Of a stretch of DNA of 64,000 bases, positions 1 to 11,623 are shown piece after piece. The stretch is taken from sequence record SRR20825019_647; one strand, given 5' to 3'. Positions within the stretch are counted from its first letter, which is position 1; every line of letters begins with the position of its first letter. The translations under genes and the position numbers were made by a program. A model generated the notes under the pieces. That model saw only the letters and a list, made by a program, of their open reading frames with translations, did no database searches and was not told the origin of the DNA.

Positions 1-27
1 AGGCGGGGAGCGGAATCCCCGCCCTAC
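1..27 (-). repeat. GTAG-type REP-like hairpin downstream of the EIIA gene (may continue beyond the window edge)
   Basis: Minus strand reads GTAG-GGCGGGGA-TTCCGC-TCCCCGCC: GTAG tetranucleotide followed by an 8-bp perfect stem. Confidence 0.55.
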
Positions 28-29
28 AG

Positions 30-512
30 TCAGGCGGGGGAGAAGAGTTTTTCTTCGGCTGAGATGAGGGCTTGGGAAAACTCCTCGGGGGTCGCGGCGT
101 TCATCAATGCCTCGCGATTGGCGGAATTGTTGAGCACTTTGCAGAGCGAGCTTACGCACATCAGGTAATCGGTGGGATTTGATTTGGGAGTCCCCAGCAC
201 AAACATCAGCCGCACGCTCTGATCAGAATCCTGGAAATGCACCCCCTTGTCACTGCGACCCACGGCGAGCACGATCTTATCGACGTGCTGGGTGCGGGCG
301 TGGGGAAGGGCGATTTCGTTGCCAAGATAGGTCGTATCGAGCGCTTCCCGCGCGAGGAGCTCATCGTAGAAGCCCTGGTAGTTGGAGACTTCGGCGTGAC
401 CTTTCAACTGACTCGCGACTTCCTGGAGCGCCGCCGTGCGATCTTCACCTTGCACTTGCAAGTTGATGCGGGAGAGATCGAGAAGAGAAGAGAGGCGACC
501 GGCCATGACCAT
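30..512 (-). CDS. PTS EIIA (Fru/Ntr-type) domain protein, PtsN-like
   Basis: RE..TTYLGNEIALPHAR motif with phospho-His; start may be 506. Confidence 0.85.
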   Translation of the reverse strand: MVMAGRLSSLLDLSRINLQVQGEDRTAALQEVASQLKGHAEVSNYQGFYDELLAREALDTTYLGNEIALPHARTQHVDKIVLAVGRSDKGVHFQDSDQSVRLMFVLGTPKSNPTDYLMCVSSLCKVLNNSANREALMNAATPEEFSQALISAEEKLFSPA

Positions 513-561
513 AAGAGCAATCTACCCGACATCAGCATTCATGCCAATGCCGGGTTGTAAA

Positions 562-3108
562 TTACTCCGTGTTTTCGGTGTTCTCGGGAGTTTCGGTGTT
601 ATCCGAAGGCGCGCTCGATTCGGTTTCGGCAGCCGCCGAAGCGGTTGATTCGCCAATCGCGGCAGCTTCCACTTCCTCGTCGGTTTCGACGATCCGTGCG
701 ATGCTGAGGATACTGTCTCCCTTGGCGAGATTGAGAAGTTTAACGCCCTTGGCTCCACGACCAGTTTCACGAATTTCGCGAACGCGGGTGCGGATGCTTT
801 GGCCCTTGGTGGTTAGGAGCATGACTTCGTCTTCTTCGCGGACGCTGATCGCACCGGCGACGGTAACGGAACCATCATCGGGAAGATCGATCGCAATCAC
901 GCCGGAACCACCGCGCTTGGTGAGGCGGTAGGCCTCGAATTGAGTGCGCTTGCCAATACCATCCTGACGCGCGACGAGTAAACGAGCCTCGGGATCGCAG
1001 ACTTGGACGGATTGAACATAATCGTCCTTGATCTTGAAACGCATGCCGGTGACGCCGCGGGTATCGCGACCCTGGGTGCGGAGTCCGTCTTCGTTGAAGC
1101 GAACGGCCTGCCCCTTGTTACTGACGAGGATGACTTCACTGTCTCCCTTGGTGAGCACGCAACCGATGAGCGCGTCGTCGTCGTCGAGTTTGATACCGCG
1201 CAGACCACCTTCGCGGGTGGCGTTTCCGTAATCGGAGAGCTTGGTCTTCTTGGTGATGCCCTTGGAAGTCGCCATCACGAGATTCATCTCGGAAGCAATA
1301 TCCTGCACGCAGATCATCGCCGCGATCTTTTCACCATCGGTCAGACGAAGGAAGGAGGTTACCGATTTCCCTTTCGAGGTGCGGGAACCTTCCGGCACTT
1401 CGTAAACCTTCTTGGCGAGACACTGACCCTTGGTCGTGAGGTAGAGAATGTAATCGTGCGTGCTCGCGGTGAAGAGATGTTCAACGAAATCTTCGTCGTA
1501 AGTATCGGTGCCGATGATGCCCTTGCCGCCGCGTTTTTGTGAGCGGTAGTCGACGACCGGGGTGCGTTTGATGAAACCGAGATGGGATACGGTGATGATG
1601 CAGCCTTCATTGGGGATGACATCTTCCATTCGGAACTCGCCGAGAGCGGCGGTGATTTCCGTGCGACGTGGCGATGAGTATTTCGCCTTCATTTCCTCCA
1701 GCTCGGTCTTGATCAACGCAAAGAGTTTTTCTTCCGAGGCGAGAATGCTGCGGAGCTCTTCGATGATGGTCATGAGCTCGGCGTATTCGGCTTCGATCTT
1801 GCCGCGCTCCATGCCGGTGAGCTGATAAAGACGGAGTTCGAGGATGGCATCCGTCTGGCGCTCGGAGAGCGGATATTTGGCCATCAACTTTTCCTTGGCC
1901 TCCGCGCGATTGGCGGAGGCGCGGATGATCTTCACGAAGTCGTCGAGATTATCCAGAGCGATGATGTAACCTTCGAGGATGTGCGCGCGATCCTCGGCCT
2001 GTTTGAGACGATAGCGGGTGCGGCGGGTGACGACCTCGCGACGATGCTCGATGTAGCAGTTGATCATCTCCTTGATGTTCATCTGCTTGGGACGCTTCTG
2101 ATCGAGCGCGAGCAAGGTGACCCCGAAAGAGGATTCAAGAGCGGTCTTTTGGAAAAGCTGATTGAGGATCGGGCGGGCCTGTTCGCCGCGCTTGAGCTCG
2201 ATGACGATCCGAGTGTTTTCGTCGGATTCATCGCGGAGATCGCGGATGCCATCGATGACCTTCTCCCCCACAAGATCGGCGATGCGGATCACGAGGTTGG
2301 CGCGGTTCACGTTATACGGAATTTCCGTGATCACGATCTGCTCCATCCCGGTCTTGGTTTCCTCGGTGTGGGATTTACCACGGATGCGAACGATGCCGCG
2401 CCCGGTCTTCAAATAGCTGAGGATGCCTTCGCGACCGGCGATCGAACCCCCACTCGGGAAATCAGGACCTTGGATAATCTCGGTGAGTTCATCGACGGTG
2501 ATGCCCGGATTGTCGATGATGGCGCATGTCGCGGTGATGAGTTCGTCGAGATTGTGCGGTGGGATATTGGTGGCCATCCCGACCGCGATACCGGTCGAAC
2601 CATTCATCAACAAATTCGGAAGCGCGGAGGGCAGGACGGTCGGCTCGGTAGTCGATTCCTTGTAGTTGGGCGCAAAATCAACGGTGTCTTCCTCGATGTT
2701 CTTAATGAGGTCTTCGGCGACTTCATTCAGGCGACACTCCGTATAACGATAAGCGGCTGGTGGATCGCCATCGACGGAACCGAAATTCCCCTGCGGATCG
2801 ATCAGCGGGTAACGCATGACCCAAGTTTGGGCGAGGCGCACGAGGGTGTCGTAAACGGACGAATCACCATGCGGGTGATAATTCTTGAGCACTTCACCAA
2901 CGACGCCGGCGCACTTGTCAAAAGGTCGATTGTGCAGGAGGCCTTCGCGCAACATGGCGTAGAGGATACGGCGTTGCACGGGTTTGAGACCGTCGCGCGC
3001 ATCAGGGAGAGCACGCGAGACGATGACCGACATCGAATATTCGATGTAAGCGGTCTGCATGATATCGGTCAGATTGGCCGAGGAGAGTTTTTCAGATCCA
3101 GTATACAT
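562..3108 (-). CDS. gyrA: DNA gyrase subunit A
   Basis: RALPDARDGLKPVQRR, YHPHGD, AAYRYTE catalytic Tyr region, GyrA-box QKRGGKG, beta-pinwheel repeats, acidic tail. Confidence 0.97.
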   Translation of the reverse strand: MYTGSEKLSSANLTDIMQTAYIEYSMSVIVSRALPDARDGLKPVQRRILYAMLREGLLHNRPFDKCAGVVGEVLKNYHPHGDSSVYDTLVRLAQTWVMRYPLIDPQGNFGSVDGDPPAAYRYTECRLNEVAEDLIKNIEEDTVDFAPNYKESTTEPTVLPSALPNLLMNGSTGIAVGMATNIPPHNLDELITATCAIIDNPGITVDELTEIIQGPDFPSGGSIAGREGILSYLKTGRGIVRIRGKSHTEETKTGMEQIVITEIPYNVNRANLVIRIADLVGEKVIDGIRDLRDESDENTRIVIELKRGEQARPILNQLFQKTALESSFGVTLLALDQKRPKQMNIKEMINCYIEHRREVVTRRTRYRLKQAEDRAHILEGYIIALDNLDDFVKIIRASANRAEAKEKLMAKYPLSERQTDAILELRLYQLTGMERGKIEAEYAELMTIIEELRSILASEEKLFALIKTELEEMKAKYSSPRRTEITAALGEFRMEDVIPNEGCIITVSHLGFIKRTPVVDYRSQKRGGKGIIGTDTYDEDFVEHLFTASTHDYILYLTTKGQCLAKKVYEVPEGSRTSKGKSVTSFLRLTDGEKIAAMICVQDIASEMNLVMATSKGITKKTKLSDYGNATREGGLRGIKLDDDDALIGCVLTKGDSEVILVSNKGQAVRFNEDGLRTQGRDTRGVTGMRFKIKDDYVQSVQVCDPEARLLVARQDGIGKRTQFEAYRLTKRGGSGVIAIDLPDDGSVTVAGAISVREEDEVMLLTTKGQSIRTRVREIRETGRGAKGVKLLNLAKGDSILSIARIVETDEEVEAAAIGESTASAAAETESSAPSDNTETPENTENTE

Positions 3109-3149
3109 TCAGGGAAAATAGTGAGTAGCGGGTAGCGGGTGGCCGTGAC

Positions 3150-5696
<2,547 letters not shown>

Positions 5697-5842
5697 TTAC
5701 GGAAAGGAAAATTGTTGGCCGATTGCGAAGCGCAAGCGAGGGTTTTTTTTGAAGAAAATCGTGATTTAACGGCGTTTTAATTGCCCGAGAAGCGAGAGTT
5801 TCGTTTGACCGGTGGGGGGGCACCAACAAGCTGACGACTCCT

Positions 5843-6556
5843 ATGCTTAGCCCTGTGCTCGAAAAGCTGTTAATTCTCCAAGATCGCGATGCGCGGCGGA
5901 TTGCTCTGGAGAACCAATTAAAAGCCGTGCCCGGCGACGTATCTCTCGTTGAGAGCAGGATTGCGGCCGAAAAAGCGGCGATTGAGGATGCCCGCTCGGA
6001 GCTTCGGCGGTTGGAGACGGACAAGAAAATGCTGGAGACCGAGATTGGCTCCGCCGAAGACAGGCTCGGCAAATACCGGACCCAGCAGAGCGCGGTGAAG
6101 AAGAACGATGAGTATCAGGCTCTCGGTCATGAAATCGAGACCACCGAAGCTCAGGTGAGCGAACTGGAGGAGAAGGAACTCGGGATCATGTATCAGATCG
6201 ACGAAGCGAAGCAGAAATTCGCCGCAGCCGAGAAGGAATTACAGGACAATATCACCGGACATGAGGCCAAGATCGCCGCACTCAAGGAGCGGGAAACGAA
6301 TCTACAGGGCGAGTTGACCGCGGTGCAGGCCGAAGTGGCGACGGCGCGCGAACCGGTCGAGATGGTCCCTCTACGGCTCTACGATCGGATCGCCCAGCAT
6401 CATATGCCGGTTTGTGTGCCGCTGAAGGATAATAAGTGCGGAGGCTGCCATTTAAAGGTCTCCTCGGAGGTCGAATCCACGGCGCGGGGTAAATCTCAGG
6501 ATAGTGAACTCGCGACTTGCGACCAGTGTGGACGCTTGGTTTATTGGGAATCCTAG
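5843..6556 (+). CDS. Coiled-coil / C4-type zinc-ribbon protein (DUF164-like)
   Basis: Long heptad-rich helix then CGGC...CDQCGR. Confidence 0.85.
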   Translation: MLSPVLEKLLILQDRDARRIALENQLKAVPGDVSLVESRIAAEKAAIEDARSELRRLETDKKMLETEIGSAEDRLGKYRTQQSAVKKNDEYQALGHEIETTEAQVSELEEKELGIMYQIDEAKQKFAAAEKELQDNITGHEAKIAALKERETNLQGELTAVQAEVATAREPVEMVPLRLYDRIAQHHMPVCVPLKDNKCGGCHLKVSSEVESTARGKSQDSELATCDQCGRLVYWES

Positions 6557-7000
6557 TTTTGGGGCCAGGCTATCGCTCCGAGTTCTTTGATTCCATGTGC
6601 GGGTAAAACCGCACTGGCCAAAGTTCGGAGAGGAAAGTCCGGACACCATAGGGCAGGATGCCGCGCAAGAGCAATCAAGCGCGGGCACTACGTTTCAAAG
6701 CGTGGTGACGGAAAGTGTCACAGAGAACAGACCGCCCTTCGACTCGCCGCAAGGCGGGTTCGTTCAGGGTAAGGGTGAAAAGGTGGGGTAAGAGCCCACC
6801 GCGCCGCATGCGAATGTGGCGGCAGGATAAACCCCATCCGGTGCAAGGCAAAATAGGAGACCGGGCGGCCCGTCTATGGTCTCGGGTATGCCGCATCCCG
6901 CATCCGCGGGACAGGCCTGATGCAAGTCAGGCGTTGAGACAAATGGTAGCCGAATCCCGCGTCAGCGGGAGGAACAGAATCCGGCTTATCGGCCCCAAAA
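6557..7000 (+). ncRNA. rnpB: RNase P RNA (type A-like)
   Basis: GAGGAAAGTCCGG near 6629, GGGTGAAAAGGTGGGGTAAGAGCCCACC, GTGCAAGGC, AACAGAATCCGGCTTAT near 6973; ends pair as P1 (ttttggggcc / ggccccaaaa). Confidence 0.95.
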
Positions 7001-7037
7001 CTAGTTTTCAAATCGCGACAAGCGAAATGCCGGCTCC

Positions 7038-8474
7038 TTACCAGGTGAGGGTGCTTGCGTAGGGTGCGCGATCTGCCGCGGAAGTGAGTTCGCGCCAACG
7101 CGAGATGCGGAATGGATTACCCGCATCCAGATCCGCGAGAGATTCGTCGTAGTGGAAAGCGGCGTTGCCGACCAATCGGATATCGTTGGCGATGATGGAG
7201 CCGCACACATCGCCATTACCGTTGATTTTTACGGAGCCTTGAGGGGCGTAAACGATAGCGCTGAGGACGCCATTACCGGCGATTTGGATATCTTGAACGC
7301 CGACTGTTTTGGTGCCCCAAATCTGAAAGTTCTTCGCTTGATTGGCGGTGCCGGCCGTGTTTCCGCCGTTGAGGACTCCGTTACCGGCGATTTTGATATC
7401 GCCCGGAGCATAGATTTCGAGAGCCCCGCCGGAACCGATGGTGATTTCACCGCTGCCGCCGCCGATATCGATACTGGTGGCTGGATCGGTGAGGGTGATG
7501 ACCACGCTGGGGTTGCCCAGACCTGAGATCGCGAGGGTTTTGTTATTAAAATCAATCCGCGACGCCGTGTAGTGGTATTTGCCATCGCCTCTGGGCAGAT
7601 CGAGCAGGCGGGGGAGCGAAGTATTATTATTGATGGTCCCAAGATTGTAGGGGAGTTCGGTCGGTGCTGTCACCGGATCGAAACTGGCGGAAAAATCGGT
7701 CGAGACCCGATTCATGTCCATCGTTCCGGAAGCGGTGCCGTAGGGACCGATTAGACCATTGGCACCGACGGAGGGCAGGGCGCCTCCGGTGGCGGCATAG
7801 CCCCAGATGTCGGCGTTTTGCACGGCAACCGAATCGACGGCGACAGAGATGCTACCGACGCTGCCTTTATCGTGGGCGATTCCGGCGTTATACCCGACCG
7901 GCGAACCGCGTAAGGTGCCATCGTCCAATTTTTCTGAATTCCAACTATCCACCGAAGCGTTGTTGCCACTGAAAGTGATGCTATCCTTGGCGACCAGTCC
8001 GTTGGAAAACTTAGAGGTTTTGCGGAGTTGGATCTGCACCCATTTTTCAATCGGAGCACCGGAGCTGCCCGCTAATGTGACGGTGGAGCGGGCCACTGCG
8101 GTGGGGGCGGTCCCGGCATACCCATAAACGTAGATTCGCACCTGGCCCGTGGCATTTTGATCAAACGAATAAGTTCCGGAAGCGGGGATAATTCTTCTGA
8201 CGTCCGCAGCGGAAGACGGGCTCACGCTCCAACCACTTGTGAGCCAGTTATAGCTGGCATCATCGATCTTTTTGTTGATCGAATACATCGCTTCCTCGAG
8301 TCCATTTTCGGCCAGATTCATCGCGGCATTGCTATAGAGTGCCCGGTTGGAAACGATCATGCTGGTGCGGGACAGTTGCATATAACTGGCCAGCGAAACA
8401 CCGATGATCGCACTGATAAGCAGGGCGACAATCAGAGCCGATCCACGATTGGAAGTATAGGCGGGATTTTTCAT
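7038..8474 (-). CDS. PilX/GspK-like minor pilin with large Gly/Asn-rich beta-solenoid-like C-terminal domain (copy 1)
   Basis: NRG|SALIVALLISAII N-terminus lacking Glu+5, AE.GLEEA motif, C-terminal KINGNGDV..GNAAFHYDESL. Confidence 0.75.
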   Translation of the reverse strand: MKNPAYTSNRGSALIVALLISAIIGVSLASYMQLSRTSMIVSNRALYSNAAMNLAENGLEEAMYSINKKIDDASYNWLTSGWSVSPSSAADVRRIIPASGTYSFDQNATGQVRIYVYGYAGTAPTAVARSTVTLAGSSGAPIEKWVQIQLRKTSKFSNGLVAKDSITFSGNNASVDSWNSEKLDDGTLRGSPVGYNAGIAHDKGSVGSISVAVDSVAVQNADIWGYAATGGALPSVGANGLIGPYGTASGTMDMNRVSTDFSASFDPVTAPTELPYNLGTINNNTSLPRLLDLPRGDGKYHYTASRIDFNNKTLAISGLGNPSVVITLTDPATSIDIGGGSGEITIGSGGALEIYAPGDIKIAGNGVLNGGNTAGTANQAKNFQIWGTKTVGVQDIQIAGNGVLSAIVYAPQGSVKINGNGDVCGSIIANDIRLVGNAAFHYDESLADLDAGNPFRISRWRELTSAADRAPYASTLTW

Positions 8475-8489
8475 GACGGGAGATTGGGA

Positions 8490-9065
8490 CTAGGCTGTGA
8501 CGATGATGTTGCGCAGAATGTATCGGGCGGAGAGCACCGTGTTGGTGGCGGTGGCGAGGGTTTGTTGGGAGCGTTCGGCCTGCATGGAGATTTGAACCTG
8601 CTTGGTCGAGCTGTTGGCGGCGGTGCGATTGGCGGCGGTGGCGAGGGGGAGTTCGTCGCCATCCAAATTGAAGGCACGGAAGCTAAAAGTATTGGGGGTC
8701 AGACCCGAGATAACGTTGCCGATGGGGCCTCCGTTGATCTGCCGGGTAAAGTTATCCGATGTGTTGGCATAGACGACGGTGAGGCCGTTGACGGTAAAGG
8801 TGACACTGGTCGCACTGTTCCAGGTAATCGTGCTGGCCTGACGGACGTCCTGGGCGAAAAGCTCCAGGGTTCGCCGGGTTTGCGCCTCCATATCGTTATA
8901 GTTTTGGAATCGCGCCCCACTCCGACCGAGGAAGAGGAACGTAGTCATTACTCCGGTGAGGATCATCGCAGAGATACCAGCCGCGACCATCATTTCGACG
9001 AGTGTGAAGCCCCGTCGGGATTGTCGTTTCGACTCAGGGACGCGCGAGAGTGTAGTAGTAATCAT
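8490..9065 (-). CDS. Prepilin-type N-terminal cleavage/methylation protein, PilW-like (copy 1)
   Basis: RRG|FTLVEMMVAAG then hydrophobic helix; start re-called at ATG 9065 (MITTT; 9074 possible) rather than 9248. Confidence 0.85.
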   Translation of the reverse strand: MITTTLSRVPESKRQSRRGFTLVEMMVAAGISAMILTGVMTTFLFLGRSGARFQNYNDMEAQTRRTLELFAQDVRQASTITWNSATSVTFTVNGLTVVYANTSDNFTRQINGGPIGNVISGLTPNTFSFRAFNLDGDELPLATAANRTAANSSTKQVQISMQAERSQQTLATATNTVLSARYILRNIIVTA

Positions 9066-9498
9066 AGAGTCCATTTTTAGCGTAGATTGCGGTGAAGGTG
9101 CGCTGGTGGGCGCGCCCATCGGAGGTTTGCCAACTGACGGCGACAGAGATGTTTTTGACTTCTCCGGGGCGGGTCGCGTCATCAACGACCGTGCGGGTGA
9201 CCTGATAAGAAGCCGCCGAAGCACTGGTGCTGAAAAATGAAGTGCCATCGAAAGTTTCGGAGGCGGGGAGAGCGGCGACCTTCGTCCAACTCATCAGTCG
9301 AATGCGCTCCATTTCGCTTTGGATAATTTGGGAGGCCAACGTGGTGCCTCGGGCGAGGTCGACCTGTTTGAAACAAGCCTGCATCGCAATGATCGAAGTC
9401 GAAATGCCCAGGGACATGATAAAGGTAGCCATGATGACTTCCATGAGGGTGAAGCCACCCTGTGGATTACGAATGAGAGGCTGTGTTGACCACTGCAT
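9034..9498 (-). CDS. Prepilin-type protein, PilV-like (copy 1, stand-alone)
   Basis: QGG|FTLMEVIMATFIMSLG; ASQIIQSEMERIRL; C-terminal GLYDYYY. Confidence 0.85.
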   Translation of the reverse strand: MQWSTQPLIRNPQGGFTLMEVIMATFIMSLGISTSIIAMQACFKQVDLARGTTLASQIIQSEMERIRLMSWTKVAALPASETFDGTSFFSTSASAASYQVTRTVVDDATRPGEVKNISVAVSWQTSDGRAHQRTFTAIYAKNGLYDYYYTLARP

Positions 9499-9532
9499 GC
9501 CGCCACTATAGGCGATAACCTGCGGCTTAGGT

Positions 9533-9579
9533 TAGAGGCGTCTGCGCTGTTTTTCAGGCCTAGTTTGAGTAGGCCTGAA
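9533..9579. promoter_or_regulatory. Candidate operator upstream of pilV-like copy 1
   Basis: Perfect 10-7-10 inverted repeat TTCAGGCCTA-gtttgag-TAGGCCTGAA (9553-9579); TAGAGGCG-N14-CAGGCCTAGT recurs at 14356-14388. Confidence 0.45.
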
Positions 9580-9617
9580 TGGTCGTCAATTAGGGCCGCT
9601 TGCCGGAATTTCCAGAG

Positions 9618-11012
9618 CTACCAACCGGTGAATTTATTCTCGTAAGTCGCGCGTTGGGCCGGGGTGGTCAACTCGCGCCATTTATCGACCCCGAAGTTGG
9701 CGTTGCCACCGAAATTGGCGAGCGACTCATCGTAGTGGAAGGCCGCGTTGCCGACTAACACGATATTGCGGGCCACAATGGATCCCATCACATCACCGTT
9801 CCCATTAATTTTAACATCGGCATTGGGAGCGTAAACGATGCCACGAAGGGCACCATTGCCGGCGATTTGGATGTCTTGTCCGGCGACACTTTGGTTGGTG
9901 CCCCAAAGTTGAAAGGTCAGCGGTTGGATATTGTCGTTGGCGAGACCTTTACCGGCGATCTTGACGTCGCCTTCGGTGTAGATCGTCAGGCTGGAGCCTG
10001 CGGTGATGATGATCTGAGAGTTCCCGGCCATACTGAGGGCACTGGTGCCGGATGGGGCCGTCAGAATCAGAGTGACGTCACCGTAAATCGTCAGACTATT
10101 ATTACCGGACAGACTAAGGGAGGCATGGCGCCAGGTGGTTTGGGTCCCGGCGATACCCAATGAGTTGCCGATCAGCAAGAGAGGGATCCCGCCCGAGGGC
10201 GTTTCCGTTGAGATGAATTCGGCATTAAAATCTGTGGCGATGCGGTTTGGATCGATAGTCACCTCGTCAGGAGTGTCTTCGCCGCGGATCGAACCTTGGT
10301 TACCGACCTGCGGTTGGCTACCGCCGGTGTAAACATAACCCCAGATATCGGCTTGATTCACCAGCATGGCGGTATTTTGCACTGAGAGACTGGCGACGGT
10401 GCCACCGTCTTGGCGAATCCCATTGTCTGGATCAGGATCGTATTCAATCGGGGCGGTCGCGGGATCGTTATCGGGATCCGAATTCCAACTGTCCACCGTG
10501 GTGTTGTTTCCGTTGAAAGTGATGGTTTCCTTGGCGATCAAACCGTTGGCAAAAAATGAACGACGGCGGAGGGTCACCTCCATCATGCGGGTGATCGGGG
10601 ATGTGTTGGGAGGATTTACAGATGAAAGCGCGACCAGCTTGGGACTATCGTTAGCCGCCGGTTGAGTATTGGTGACATAGACTTTGACCCAGCCGGTGGT
10701 GTTTTTGGTGAAATCAAATCCGTCAAATTTCTTCCAGGCCGCTGAGCCACTGGTCGTCCATCCGGTCCAGGCATCCGCATGTCCTTGATGATCGCGGTTG
10801 AAGGACCAGAGGCCTTCTTCCGCTCCGGCTTCGACCAAATTGATGGCGGCGTAATTTTGAAACGAACGGAAGGCGATGTGAGAGGAGTTAAGATTCAGGC
10901 TGAGGTAGCTGCCGAGCATCAGTGCGATAATCGCCGAGATGAGCAAAGCGACGATGAGGACGGCTCCGTGCTGGGAGTGCCCAGAAGATCCTGAAGAGCG
11001 CATCTGCATCAA
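9618..11012 (-). CDS. PilX/GspK-like minor pilin with large C-terminal domain (copy 2)
   Basis: QHG|AVLIVALLISAII; shares VDSWNS, ADIWGY, DIQIAGNG, GNAAFHYDESLA with 7038-8474. Confidence 0.75.
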   Translation of the reverse strand: MMQMRSSGSSGHSQHGAVLIVALLISAIIALMLGSYLSLNLNSSHIAFRSFQNYAAINLVEAGAEEGLWSFNRDHQGHADAWTGWTTSGSAAWKKFDGFDFTKNTTGWVKVYVTNTQPAANDSPKLVALSSVNPPNTSPITRMMEVTLRRRSFFANGLIAKETITFNGNNTTVDSWNSDPDNDPATAPIEYDPDPDNGIRQDGGTVASLSVQNTAMLVNQADIWGYVYTGGSQPQVGNQGSIRGEDTPDEVTIDPNRIATDFNAEFISTETPSGGIPLLLIGNSLGIAGTQTTWRHASLSLSGNNSLTIYGDVTLILTAPSGTSALSMAGNSQIIITAGSSLTIYTEGDVKIAGKGLANDNIQPLTFQLWGTNQSVAGQDIQIAGNGALRGIVYAPNADVKINGNGDVMGSIVARNIVLVGNAAFHYDESLANFGGNANFGVDKWRELTTPAQRATYENKFTGW

Positions 11013-11623
11013 TTGGACACCCGTTTGTTGCGCAACAGATAGCGTGCCGAGCGGCTCGTTTGCGTGGAGGCTCCCGTGGTCTGGCCGATCCGGGACACCT
11101 TGAGGTTGATTTGAACTAGCTTCGTTTCGAGATCGTTGACGGCACTGTTATCGGTGATTCCGTTTTGCTCCAACTTGTAGCGGCTGAAACTGAATGAAGG
11201 ATCGACTGTGGTGATGAGAATCCTCCGAGGATTTCCAGCAGCGGCCTCTCCGGGCATGCGGTAAAAACATTGAGCGGTCTCGCCTGAGTTGGCGGGATCA
11301 TAGGCATAAGTGACGAGTTCAGCCCCATTTCCTGCGGTGGGGAGCGATAGGGTAATGCTTTGGGAGTTATTCCAAACGATATCCTGTGCCATCCGAGCGT
11401 CGTTGGCAAAGGTGTCCAAACCTCGCCGAATCTGGGCTTCGATTTCGCTGTAGCTACTCGCACGAAATCCCGATTTTCCAATGAAGGCAAAAGCGCTGAG
11501 AACTCCGCCCAGAATCATCGTGGATAACGCGGCCGCAGTCATTACCTCCAGCAGTGAAAAACCGGAGGCCGCAGGGCGAGAAGCCTTGGAAAGGTTATCA
11601 GTGCGCTGTGTAGAGATAATCAT
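11009..11623 (-). CDS. Prepilin-type protein, PilW-like (copy 2)
   Basis: ASG|FSLLEVMTAAA; ends SARYLLRN like copy 1 (SARYILRN); start re-called at ATG 11623 (MIIST). Confidence 0.85.
   Translation of the reverse strand: MIISTQRTDNLSKASRPAASGFSLLEVMTAAALSTMILGGVLSAFAFIGKSGFRASSYSEIEAQIRRGLDTFANDARMAQDIVWNNSQSITLSLPTAGNGAELVTYAYDPANSGETAQCFYRMPGEAAAGNPRRILITTVDPSFSFSRYKLEQNGITDNSAVNDLETKLVQINLKVSRIGQTTGASTQTSRSARYLLRNKRVSN

Noticed and set aside
565-600. Short repeats encoding ENTE at the GyrA end
   Set aside because: Ordinary low-complexity acidic tail.
6452-7216. Several short ORFs over 6450-7200
   Set aside because: They overlap the RNase P RNA and neighbouring CDS ends.
9066-9248. Long N-terminal extensions in the ORF track (also 11624-11680, 44715-44792, 51261-51308, 56573-56836)
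   Set aside because: They overlap neighbouring genes or promoters and precede the family-typical start.
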